36,852 bases of DNA, from positions 1-36,852 of the forward strand of contig JBDGSJ010000021.1 in the NCBI GenBank assembly GCA_042217585.1. The letters are read 5' to 3'. This DNA is from Candidatus Nanohaloarchaea archaeon. GTDB taxonomy: Archaea > Nanohalarchaeota > Nanosalinia > Nanosalinales > Nanosalinaceae. Numbering within the stretch: position 1 is the first letter of the stretch; every line of letters begins with the position of its first letter. A program made the position numbers and the translations under genes. The notes under the pieces are model-generated. The model did not search any database and was not told where the DNA came from. It worked only from the letters and a program-made list of their open reading frames with translations. Positions 17,581-26,175 of this stretch are shown here, piece after piece.

Positions 17581-17943
17581 TCACTCCATATCCAGCACGT
17601 CCTTGATGGTGGCCTTGACATCATCGTTCTCGAAGGGCTTCTCGACGAACTCCTCGGCGCCCAGATCCATCGCCTCGTCGACCATCTCCTGCTGACCGAC
17701 TGCCGAAATCATTATGACCGTGGCGTCGCTCTCCATCTCCTTTATCTGCTTGAGGGCCTCTATCCCTCCCATCTCCTCCATGACGATGTCCAGGAGGACT
17801 ATGTCCGGTCTGCTGTCCCTGTACTTCTCGACTGCCTGCTCGCCGTTCTCCGCTTCCTTTATCTCGTCGAAGCCGAGGTCCTCCAGGATGTTGACCAGTA
17901 TCTTCCTCATGAAGGAGGAGTCTTCAGTTACGAGTGCTTTCAT
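17581..17943 (-). CDS. cheY: chemotaxis response regulator CheY
   Basis: Single receiver domain with ED..FMR, LLDIVM (phospho-Asp), MISAVGQ and KPF. Confidence 0.92.
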   Translation of the reverse strand: MKALVTEDSSFMRKILVNILEDLGFDEIKEAENGEQAVEKYRDSRPDIVLLDIVMEEMGGIEALKQIKEMESDATVIMISAVGQQEMVDEAMDLGAEEFVEKPFENDDVKATIKDVLDME

Positions 17944-18305
17944 TCTTCCTCACCCAGTATTTCCTCAATTTTAGGTATAAGCTTTTCCTTGGTTATCGGC
18001 TTCTGGACGTAACCCTTCGCCCCTATCTCCTTTGTCTCATCTATCGTGTCCTGCTCCCTCACGATCGAGACGACTATCACGTCCGCGTCTCTCTCCTCAA
18101 GCTCCTTCAAGACCTCTATACCATCCATATCAGGAAGCCTGAGGTCCAGCAACACGAGATCCGGCTCTTCCTCGTCGTACTTCTCGATACCTTCCTCTCC
18201 CTCGCCGGTCTCGATTATATCGTCGTATCCCTCATCCTTCAAAAGCTTGATTATGGCCTTTCTCTCAAATATCGAATCCTCTATCGAAAGTATTGTCGGG
18301 CCCAT
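17940..18305 (-). CDS. second single-domain response regulator (CheY-like, 121 aa)
   Basis: Start MGPTILSIEDS at 18305; LLDLRLPDMDG, VVS and KP. Stop overlaps the cheY start by 4 nt. Confidence 0.88.
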   Translation of the reverse strand: MGPTILSIEDSIFERKAIIKLLKDEGYDDIIETGEGEEGIEKYDEEEPDLVLLDLRLPDMDGIEVLKELEERDADVIVVSIVREQDTIDETKEIGAKGYVQKPITKEKLIPKIEEILGEEE

Positions 18306-18473
18306 AGCTCCAAGTAGACAGGCTTTTTTTAAAACGTTTATGAGTTCCCTGGAAGCCGGTACGCCGGGACGCGACATGGATATCTCCCCCGTGCGCGGAC
18401 CGACCGCATGGCTTTTATATGATAGATCAACTAACGGTATTAAGGAAAAGGTCCCGGAGGAGCACAATCAAAA

Positions 18474-19079
18474 ATGAAGAATTCTAAACTTACAGAACTT
18501 CAGAGGGACGGAATCAGCGAGATAGGGAATATAGGTGCTGGAAGAGTAGCTACCCGTCTCTCGGACATAACAGGGAAACGGGTCAACCTGAGCGTCCCTC
18601 AGGTGGACATAATCCCTCCTTCCGCGACCGAGAACATAACCGAACTGGCGGAGAACCCTCACTCGCCGATCGTGAGCGTCTTCTCACCTCTGAAGGGTAT
18701 AGGGGGAGGTATCGTCCTTAGCTTCCAGAAGAAGGAGTACTCGCAGTTCCTGAACCTGCTTGAGGAAGATGAGGATGGCAGCAACGACAACCTCCTTGAG
18801 ATAGGCGAGGAGACTGCGGACATATACCTTGATTCCATGGAGCAGTTCCTGGAGCTTAACGTCGATACCGAGGAACCTGACCTGATCTTCCTTCCGCTCG
18901 AGGGCCTTTTCAAGAACATCGTGGCCGAGATAGGCTCAGAAAGCGAGGAAGAATCCGATATACTCGTCGTCAAGACAGTCATGGAGATAGAGGACGTGGT
19001 GAAGGGCGAGATAACGATGATAATAGAGATAGAGGAGACCGACAGGATAATAGACGCGCTTGAAAAGCGTATGGGCTAG
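18474..19079 (+). CDS. cheC: CheC-family CheY-P phosphatase; first active site intact, second degenerate
   Basis: DGISEIGNIGAG matches D/S-x3-E-x2-N. The second site LLEIGEE lacks the Asn. Confidence 0.85.
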   Translation: MKNSKLTELQRDGISEIGNIGAGRVATRLSDITGKRVNLSVPQVDIIPPSATENITELAENPHSPIVSVFSPLKGIGGGIVLSFQKKEYSQFLNLLEEDEDGSNDNLLEIGEETADIYLDSMEQFLELNVDTEEPDLIFLPLEGLFKNIVAEIGSESEEESDILVVKTVMEIEDVVKGEITMIIEIEETDRIIDALEKRMG

Positions 19080-19540
19080 AAGATCTCTGTAGCCTCGAAG
19101 GGCTTCCTGACCACGACCTTTCCGGACCTGCAGTTCAGCCATATCGATCTCCCTGTGTCACCGCCCACTTCCTGTACTCTCAGGTCTATATCCATCCTCT
19201 TCAGTATCTTGCGGACCGACTCCACGTTCTTATCGCCCACGTTGATGGTCTCCGAAACGACATGCGCCCCACCGAATATCTTTGCGATAAGGTCCTCCGG
19301 GCCAGAGCCCTCCTCTCTTATCTCATCCATCAGGTCATGGATTATGTTCTCGGCGTACTTATCAGAGTCCTCATCCTCTCCCTCGGGAAGCATGACATGG
19401 GCAAGCCCTCCCAGCTCCCGGTCCTCATCGTAGAGACAGACCGCGACACAGCTCCCGAGACCCTGGGCGCTGAGCACATCACCATCTTTCCCGACCCTGT
19501 ACTCCCCCATCTTGACCTCTATCTGTCTCTTCCGGTCCAC
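19076..19540 (-). CDS. cheD: chemoreceptor glutamine deamidase CheD
   Basis: GLGSCVAVCLYD...GGLAHVMLP (catalytic Cys/His), AKIFGGA and VGG..GR. Confidence 0.95.
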   Translation of the reverse strand: MDRKRQIEVKMGEYRVGKDGDVLSAQGLGSCVAVCLYDEDRELGGLAHVMLPEGEDEDSDKYAENIIHDLMDEIREEGSGPEDLIAKIFGGAHVVSETINVGDKNVESVRKILKRMDIDLRVQEVGGDTGRSIWLNCRSGKVVVRKPFEATEIF

Positions 19541-20178
19541 TACTGATCTACCTCTATCCTGTCCAGTATCAAGTCATACTTGCCGGGTTCGAATATCAGC
19601 ATGAAGAAGGCCTTTGTCTCCTTCTGCAGGGAGAAGTTGGTCTCGAACACCAGGACCTCATCTTCCTCCTCCGCGACCTCGAGGAGGTACTCATCCATTA
19701 TCGCACCCAGCAGGTCGGTCCCCTGCTGTGGCACGCCTTCGACGAGCTTCAGGTCCACGTACTCGGTTATCGCCGCGAGGCAGCTCCCCGCCAGTATGTT
19801 GCCGGTCTCGCTGAGCGAGGACCTCTGCATCTCACTCAGTTCTTCCCCTTCAACCTCCTGACTGGTGAGGTCCTCGGCGAGCTGTTTGGCAGATTCCCAG
19901 TCCAGAGAGAGAAGTAGGTGGCCCAGTTTCGTCTCATCATCGCCTTCGTGGTTCTTGACGCTCACCTTGATCGCCACCACGGTCACCGGCTGAGAGTAGC
20001 CTCCCAGGAGGTCCGGAACATCCTTTATCCTGTGACTCCTGATGTTCGGGAACGTTACCTCCACCTTTTCATCAGTCAGTTCGGAAAGAGATTTTGAAGC
20101 GTTTCCCGCGCCCACGTGAGCTATCTCCCTAAGCGCGTCCAGTTTCTCCTCGCTCAGATCCATATTCTCAATCACCAA
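19540..20178 (-). CDS. cheC: CheC-family CheY-P phosphatase; first site N-to-H, second intact
   Basis: DALREIAHVGAG and SSLSETGNILAG. Start may be ATG 20163. Confidence 0.88.
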   Translation of the reverse strand: MVIENMDLSEEKLDALREIAHVGAGNASKSLSELTDEKVEVTFPNIRSHRIKDVPDLLGGYSQPVTVVAIKVSVKNHEGDDETKLGHLLLSLDWESAKQLAEDLTSQEVEGEELSEMQRSSLSETGNILAGSCLAAITEYVDLKLVEGVPQQGTDLLGAIMDEYLLEVAEEEDEVLVFETNFSLQKETKAFFMLIFEPGKYDLILDRIEVDQ

Positions 20179-21748
20179 GTAATGAACTTATCTCGACTAT
20201 TATCGTTGGGTTTCCATCCGCAAGTATCGAGGCACCCGCCACCCCCTTGGGTTCGAGTATATCCAGGTCCTTGATGACGAGATCCTGGACGTTCGTGATC
20301 CGGTCCACGACCAGTCCTGCTCTCTCGTTTCCTTTCTGAACCACGACCGCGTTTATCTGGTCCCTATCCCTGCCCGCATCGGCGACGTCGAACCGGTCCT
20401 CCAGCATGATCAGCGGTATCTCCTCCTCCTGGAATACGAAGACCTCCTCTTCCTCAAGGCTCTTTATATCTTCCTTACCGAGCGAAACCGCCTTGATTAT
20501 GTTGTTTATCGGTATACCGAACCTCTGATTCCCTACCTGGACCAGGAAGCAACGGACTATAGCCAGTGAGAGCGGGACCTGCATCTTTATCGTCGTCCCG
20601 TGGTCCAGCTCAGTCTCTATATCGTAGGTGCCCTGAAGCTTCTCTGCGGTCTTCTTCACTACGTTCAGGCCTACACCCCTTCCCGATACCTGTGTTACCT
20701 CGTCGGTCGTCGAGAAGGAGGGCTGGAAGAGGAGGTCCAGCGTCTCCTCCCTCGAAAGTTCCTTCTTCTCCTCCTCGTCTATCACTCCTTTCTCGACCGC
20801 TTTATCCCTGACATCCCTGGGGTTTATACCTCTTCCATCGTCCTCTACGGCTATTATCACCTCGTTACCTTTCCTCTCTGCGCTCAGCTTGATACTGCCC
20901 TCGGGATCCTTCCCTTTATCCTCCCTCTCCTCCGGGCTCTCGATCCCGTGGTCCACGGCGTTCCTTATCATGTGGAGGATCGGTTCCCCTATCTCGTCAA
21001 GTATGGTCCTGTCCAGTCTCAGGTCCTCACCCTCTATCTCGAAGTTGACCTGTTTGTCCATGTCACTGGCGATATCCCGGACCGCTCTCGGGAACCGGTC
21101 GAACACCTGCGAAGCCGGTATCATACGTGCCTGGGATGCCTCGTGCTGTATGTCCTCGCCGAGACGTTTCAGCGTGTTCATCGCCGATTCCACGTCATCG
21201 GACTCGAAAGGAGTCAGCAGCTTCCTCAGCCTCTTCTCGACGATCATCAGCTCGCCGAGAGAGTTCATGATCTTGTCAAGCCGCTCTATATCCACCTGGA
21301 CCCTCTGAATCTCCTCGAACTCCTCCGGGCTCTCCGCCACGGAGTCGGAGGACATCTCCTCAAGTTCCTCCCCCTTCTGTGCGTGTTCAAGGTTCTCCAG
21401 AAGGTCAGAGATATCGCGGTCCGGCTCCTCGACGTTTTCCCCGGCGTACTCCACCATCTCCTCTAGGGTGTCTATCGAGTTGAAAAGAAGGTCGAAAAGT
21501 TCATCATCCGGCTCTATATCTCCCTCCTGCAGGGCGTTAAATACATCCTCCATGGAGTGCGAGAGCTCGGCTATCTTCTCGAACTCCATGGTCCTCGAGG
21601 ACCCCTTCAGGGTGTGAGCCGAACGAAAAAGCTCGTTGAGCGCCTCCTCATCCCCAGATTCCTCGAAATCGAGCATACTCTCGTTCATGTTGTCGAGCAT
21701 GTCATTCGCTTCGTCCATGTAGTCGTCGAGAAATTCTTCTTTTTCCAT
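20168..21748 (-). CDS. cheA: chemotaxis histidine kinase CheA lacking the P2 (CheY-binding) domain
   Basis: HPt LFRSAHTLKG, short linker, dimerisation domain VQVDIERLD, HMIRNAVDHG, DDGRG, SGRGVGL and C-terminal CheW-like domain; 526 aa. Confidence 0.96.
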   Translation of the reverse strand: MEKEEFLDDYMDEANDMLDNMNESMLDFEESGDEEALNELFRSAHTLKGSSRTMEFEKIAELSHSMEDVFNALQEGDIEPDDELFDLLFNSIDTLEEMVEYAGENVEEPDRDISDLLENLEHAQKGEELEEMSSDSVAESPEEFEEIQRVQVDIERLDKIMNSLGELMIVEKRLRKLLTPFESDDVESAMNTLKRLGEDIQHEASQARMIPASQVFDRFPRAVRDIASDMDKQVNFEIEGEDLRLDRTILDEIGEPILHMIRNAVDHGIESPEEREDKGKDPEGSIKLSAERKGNEVIIAVEDDGRGINPRDVRDKAVEKGVIDEEEKKELSREETLDLLFQPSFSTTDEVTQVSGRGVGLNVVKKTAEKLQGTYDIETELDHGTTIKMQVPLSLAIVRCFLVQVGNQRFGIPINNIIKAVSLGKEDIKSLEEEEVFVFQEEEIPLIMLEDRFDVADAGRDRDQINAVVVQKGNERAGLVVDRITNVQDLVIKDLDILEPKGVAGASILADGNPTIIVEISSLLGD

Positions 21749-21754
21749 GACAGA

Positions 21755-22738
21755 TCAGGTCAGCTCCATTATCTTTTCGGGTATTTTCTCAAGGGGTACC
21801 ACGTAATCGGCATCTCCCTGCCTAATTACTTGTTGCCCCATCCCGAATATTAAACTTGTATCCCGGTCCTGAACTATAATTTTTCCCCCTGCCGAGCTCA
21901 GGAAACGGGTCCCGACAGCCCCGTCCCGGCCCATACCGGAGAGTATCACTCCAACAGCGTTCGTACCGAACACCTCGGCCACGGACCTGAACGTGGCATT
22001 CACAGAGGCTATATCCTCCGAATCGCTTTCCTCCTCTACAAGGAAGAACTCCTCTCCCCTCCTCTCGACCTTCATGTCCTTCTCCGAGCGGGATATCCAC
22101 ACCTGCCCCGGTCCAAGCCTCTCCGAGTCAGAACATAACCTCACATCGAGTTCCGAAAGGCTGTCCAGCCGATTCGCGAACAGCTCGACCATCGGACCTG
22201 ACATGTGCTGGACCACGAGCACAGGAACCTCGAGATCGCCGGGAAGGTTCTTCAGTATGAACTCTATCTCCGGTGGTCCGCCCGTCGATGCCCCTATGAC
22301 GACTACCTGCTGGGAGAAATCCGGAGATTCTTTCTCCTTCCTGATCCGTGATTCCACCTGCTCCTTTACCCGGGCTCCGCCAACGGCCCTGAGGAGAGCT
22401 CTCTTGTCTTCAGCAGAATCCTCAGGCGTTATAAAATCTACAGCCCCGTATGAGAACGCCTTGACGGCCTCCCTTCTTTCCACATCCGCATCATCCAGTA
22501 TCATAACCGTCGGGATTTTTTTCAGGTCCATAACCTCCTCCAGAACGTCAAGACCAGACATCTGACCAAAATTAACTCCAAGCAGAAGAACATCGATATC
22601 TCGATTCTTCAGAGCCTCAAATACATCCGTGGGACGATGGAAAACCCCTACTACCTCTATATCATCTTCCTGACCGATCTCTCTGCTGATCTGGCGCCTT
22701 CTTTCGAATTCAGGATGCGCTATCGCTACCTTGAGCAT
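21755..22738 (-). CDS. cheB: CheB methylesterase with pseudo-receiver domain
   Basis: Catalytic GASTGG, VQHM and SGMGRDG are intact. The receiver reads VAIAHP (no DD) and VLLLGV (phospho-Asp replaced by Gly). Confidence 0.92.
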   Translation of the reverse strand: MLKVAIAHPEFERRRQISREIGQEDDIEVVGVFHRPTDVFEALKNRDIDVLLLGVNFGQMSGLDVLEEVMDLKKIPTVMILDDADVERREAVKAFSYGAVDFITPEDSAEDKRALLRAVGGARVKEQVESRIRKEKESPDFSQQVVVIGASTGGPPEIEFILKNLPGDLEVPVLVVQHMSGPMVELFANRLDSLSELDVRLCSDSERLGPGQVWISRSEKDMKVERRGEEFFLVEEESDSEDIASVNATFRSVAEVFGTNAVGVILSGMGRDGAVGTRFLSSAGGKIIVQDRDTSLIFGMGQQVIRQGDADYVVPLEKIPEKIMELT

Positions 22739-22901
22739 GTTTTTAGTTCTACCAGAGAGTGATTTAAATCTGAGACAGATCTCTGAACACGTTCACGGAT
22801 CCAATATAGTCCTTAGATGACCCAGAAACCGGCTCATGTAGCCAGAAAATGGTAGCATTTTTAAACAAGTTCTCTTTAGAGTAAAACAGGGTTTCTTACC
22901 C

Positions 22902-24272
22902 ATGGAAATTAAGACGAAGATAGCAGGATCCCTTCTCGCTCTGGTAGTAGTGACAGGCCTTCTACTGGGCACGCTGGGAGTAACCGCCCTACAGAACGCA
23001 GAGAGAAAGGCCACGAACACTGCCCAGAAAGAGGTCCGGCAGATCACAGAATCCAGGCTGACCGCTGTAAGAGACGCCAAGGTCAACAAGTACAACCAGA
23101 TGCTCGGGGAAGTCGAGCACGACGCCAAGGCAGCGGCGCACTGGATACAGTACCGTTACGACGGTCTGCCGTCGGACGAAGCCTTCCACTACCAGAACGA
23201 GTCCAAGGACACCGCTAAGATCGGTTTCTACGTGCCGCCGAACAACACCTACGGCGTGCGGCACGCACCCGGCCAGCAGGATGAACTCACTAAGCTGTCC
23301 TATGTCGGACACTACCTGCGCGGAGTAGTCAAGAACTCCGACCTGGTGACTTTCGGCTACCACTGGTCCGAGAGAGTCAACAGCCAGGCAACGGTGGTCT
23401 ACGAGACCAACATCTCAGGAACTCTCTGGGCCGGTCCAGGACCACAGGACAACGTGAAGCTGATCGGGGTCAACAGGCCTTATTACGAACAGGCCAAGGC
23501 CAAGGACCACGGAGTATGGGTCCGGCCCTACGTTGACGCCAACACAGGACAGCTGACGACGACTTACGCGGAGCCGGTATACGCTTCGCCTGAAGAGGAA
23601 GAGTTCGTCGGCGTCGTGGGGCTTGACGTCCTTTTCTCGACACTCCAGAACGATCTCCTGTCACTTGACGGCATGCCTGAGGGAAGCTTCGGTTTCCTTC
23701 TAGACTCCACAGGCAAGCCGGTCGTTTACCCGGGAGTAAGCGGCAAGGACGACCAGAAGAAGACGAGATATGGGGAGAGAACTCTCAACACGACGGACCT
23801 GACCACTGCTGAGGACGCGGACATCAGGTCCATCGCGAACTCGATGGTGAACGGAGAGACCGGAATCAGCGAAGCGACATTCCAGAACAGGACCTATCTG
23901 GTCGCCTACGCGCCCCTCAAGAACTCCACGGGCGGATGGTCCGTGGCTCTCGCAGTGCCGAAGAGCGAAGTTACCCAGCCCGTCAGGAACATCGGATCAG
24001 AGATAGGCTCGGTACTCCAGAGGACGCAGAGACAGATGATCACGGGCGGAATCCTCGCCGTGGTCCTGGCAGGAATCGTCGGCTTCTACGTCTCACGCAG
24101 GATAACATCGCCGATTGAGGAACTCACCGAGGAAGCGAACGAGATAGCGAGAGGTAATTTCGTGGACGTCGACGTTGACACGGACGACGAAGTCGGGGAA
24201 CTCGCTGACGCTATCAGAGGCATGGTCAAGAGCCTCAAGCAGATGGCCGGAGAGGAAAGCGGGTCCGAATGA
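22902..24272 (+). CDS. membrane sensor TM-dCache-TM-HAMP with no output domain
   Basis: Two TM helices. Cache motifs RPYY...PYVDANTG...GVVGLDV and AYAPL...WSV. HAMP ITSPIEEL...IARG...DEVGELADAI..M ends about 8 aa before the stop. Confidence 0.9.
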   Translation: MEIKTKIAGSLLALVVVTGLLLGTLGVTALQNAERKATNTAQKEVRQITESRLTAVRDAKVNKYNQMLGEVEHDAKAAAHWIQYRYDGLPSDEAFHYQNESKDTAKIGFYVPPNNTYGVRHAPGQQDELTKLSYVGHYLRGVVKNSDLVTFGYHWSERVNSQATVVYETNISGTLWAGPGPQDNVKLIGVNRPYYEQAKAKDHGVWVRPYVDANTGQLTTTYAEPVYASPEEEEFVGVVGLDVLFSTLQNDLLSLDGMPEGSFGFLLDSTGKPVVYPGVSGKDDQKKTRYGERTLNTTDLTTAEDADIRSIANSMVNGETGISEATFQNRTYLVAYAPLKNSTGGWSVALAVPKSEVTQPVRNIGSEIGSVLQRTQRQMITGGILAVVLAGIVGFYVSRRITSPIEELTEEANEIARGNFVDVDVDTDDEVGELADAIRGMVKSLKQMAGEESGSE

Positions 24273-24389
24273 CCACCACGCCGCACAGATTCCTTTTTTT
24301 ATTATTTTATGAAAAACCTCTATATTGGACTTTTCTGGCACTCCAGAGGATTTTTAAATAGCAAAGCGGTCAATCTTGCTCACAGGAAA

Positions 24390-24683
24390 ATGGTTCTCTA
24401 CAGGGATGTTATAGAGGCGGCGATAGACAAGTTTGTGGACGTTCAGGGCGAAAAAGCGAAGGACGTGGCTGGTGGTATAGAGGGACTGGAGGTCAGGGAC
24501 GACGGTAGCGTGACAAAGATAAACGGCAACAAGAAGGAGATATTCAACGAACTCCTGGACGAATACGTCGAGATGGGAGGACCGGTGGCCACGCTCCTCA
24601 TAAAGAACGGTGTCGAGGACCAGACGGGCAAATCCACGGAGGAGATCGCCACGGAACTGGATCTGCCGGAGAGATTACTCTAG
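24390..24683 (+). CDS. small helical protein (97 aa), possibly a stand-alone STAC-like signalling domain
   Basis: ATG 24390 lies 30 nt after TTTTTAAATA. Two helix-Gly-helix units, FVDVQGEKAKDVA and YVEMGGPVATLLI. Family call is from recalled pattern only. Confidence 0.6.
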   Translation: MVLYRDVIEAAIDKFVDVQGEKAKDVAGGIEGLEVRDDGSVTKINGNKKEIFNELLDEYVEMGGPVATLLIKNGVEDQTGKSTEEIATELDLPERLL

Positions 24684-25244
24684 ATCACCAGACCTCAGAT
24701 CCTCCTTGAACTCCTCTCTCAATCCGTCATCTGCCACATCCACGTCCATTCGATATCCCTGGCCCCTTTCCTCTATCCTTGCGGAGAAATCCTCGGAGTC
24801 AAAGTAGTATGGATTGAACCTTAACATAACGAGGGAGTAAATCTTTTCCTCGACCTTGCGGAAGGATTTCAGGGCGCTGGCGGCCAGCGGCCTGATGAGG
24901 CCTCTCGAGGCCTCCCGGACCTCGTCCGATGGCTTCTCCATCCTTTTGACCTTCTCACCTGCCTCCCTGGCTTTCCTGCCTGCATCCTCGATGTCCTTCC
25001 GGACACCATCGCTTTCCTCCTCCACCTCGTTCGGGTCCAGCTTGGCCTCCTCGACCGTTTTTTCCCTTACATCGGCCTCCGACCCCTCCTCTCTCGGACG
25101 CCACTCCTCGTACTTCTGTATCTTGTCATCATCGACTCCGGATTCCTCAAAACTCCTCTGGACCTTCCGCGCGAAATCAGCTATATCCTTCCAGCTCCCC
25201 CTCATGCTGACCCCGGAGTTGGTCTCCTCGGGACCGTCTCCCAT
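24675..25244 (-). CDS. conserved halophilic-archaeal protein (DUF5828-like)
   Basis: EET.SGV..RG.W...EEWRP...DV.EKT.E.A...PYYFD pattern. Start ATG 25244 follows TTTTATAT on the minus strand. Confidence 0.7.
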   Translation of the reverse strand: MGDGPEETNSGVSMRGSWKDIADFARKVQRSFEESGVDDDKIQKYEEWRPREEGSEADVREKTVEEAKLDPNEVEEESDGVRKDIEDAGRKAREAGEKVKRMEKPSDEVREASRGLIRPLAASALKSFRKVEEKIYSLVMLRFNPYYFDSEDFSARIEERGQGYRMDVDVADDGLREEFKEDLRSGDLE

Positions 25245-25278
25245 AAGACCTAAAGGACACTGGCGGGCATATAAAAGG

Positions 25279-25869
25279 TCACCTGTCGCCGAGGATCCTG
25301 AGACACTCCTCGAAGACCTCTTCGACGGTCCCTGAGGCATCCACCATCTCTATATCTTCCTCCAGCCTCTCTCCGAGTTCCCTGTAGCTGACAGCGACCT
25401 TCTCCTGGAAATCCAGGTCCTCGAATATATTGCCGTCCTCTCCGCGGTCCCTGACCCTTCTCATGCCCGTCCTGGCCCTCACATTGAGAAAGACAGTGAT
25501 GTCCGGCTTTATCGCCTCCGAGTTGAGTTCCCTGACCCAGTCTCTTTCAGCGCCGAGAAGAGGCTGGTAGACAAGGCTGGAGTGGTAATACCTGTCGCAG
25601 ACCACCGTCTCCCCGTCCCTGAGCCGGGGCAGGATCTCCTCCTCAAGGTGGACCATCCGGTCAGCGGCGAAAGCCAGGGCTATCGACTCCGCGGAGCTCT
25701 CCCCCTCTGATATCATCTTATCTACTTTCCGGCCTATCTCGCCAGAAGTGGGCTCGGCGGTCCAGTACGCATCAAGTTCCTCTGCAGTCCTCCTCGACTG
25801 CGTTGTCGTTCCGGAGCCGTCCGGACCCTCGAAAACGATGAAACGGCCGGGAAACTCTTCCTCTCTCAC
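25279..25869 (-). CDS. tmk: thymidylate (dTMP) kinase
   Basis: Motifs FIVFEGPDGSGTTTQ, EPT, FAADR, VVCDRYYHSSLVYQ and PDIT. Confidence 0.95.
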   Translation of the reverse strand: MREEEFPGRFIVFEGPDGSGTTTQSRRTAEELDAYWTAEPTSGEIGRKVDKMISEGESSAESIALAFAADRMVHLEEEILPRLRDGETVVCDRYYHSSLVYQPLLGAERDWVRELNSEAIKPDITVFLNVRARTGMRRVRDRGEDGNIFEDLDFQEKVAVSYRELGERLEEDIEMVDASGTVEEVFEECLRILGDR

Positions 25870-25896
25870 ACGGATGTTTTCGCCCCGAACTTCATA

Positions 25897-26097
25897 TCAG
25901 TTTGTGAGCGCATCCCATATCTGCCAGAGATATACCAGGGGCAGGATAACAGGTGCGAGAGGACCCAGCAGAGCTATACCTATACCCAGGGAGCTACCTG
26001 CGATAGCCCAGACTATCACGGCCTTCAGGAGGTCCCGGTTGAGCAGCTGGCCGAGACCGGGGATAATCGCCGACGCTATAGCTGCTATCACACCCAT
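25897..26097 (-). CDS. small membrane protein (66 aa)
   Basis: AAIASAIIPGLGQL motif typical of TM2-like small membrane proteins; ends W.IWDA. Confidence 0.75.
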   Translation of the reverse strand: MGVIAAIASAIIPGLGQLLNRDLLKAVIVWAIAGSSLGIGIALLGPLAPVILPLVYLWQIWDALTN

Positions 26098-26175
26098 AGA
26101 TGAGGTGTGGAGTTCGCAGGACTTAATTCCTTCCCCGGCGAAAGATTATTGGCTCGGGTCCACGAAACCTTGGTC

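Noticed and set aside
24270..24390. Frameshift or read-through joining the dCache-HAMP gene to a downstream output domain
   Set aside because: The stop is followed by a T-rich terminator-like tract and a new TATA box, and no MCP, kinase or cyclase remnant is visible downstream.
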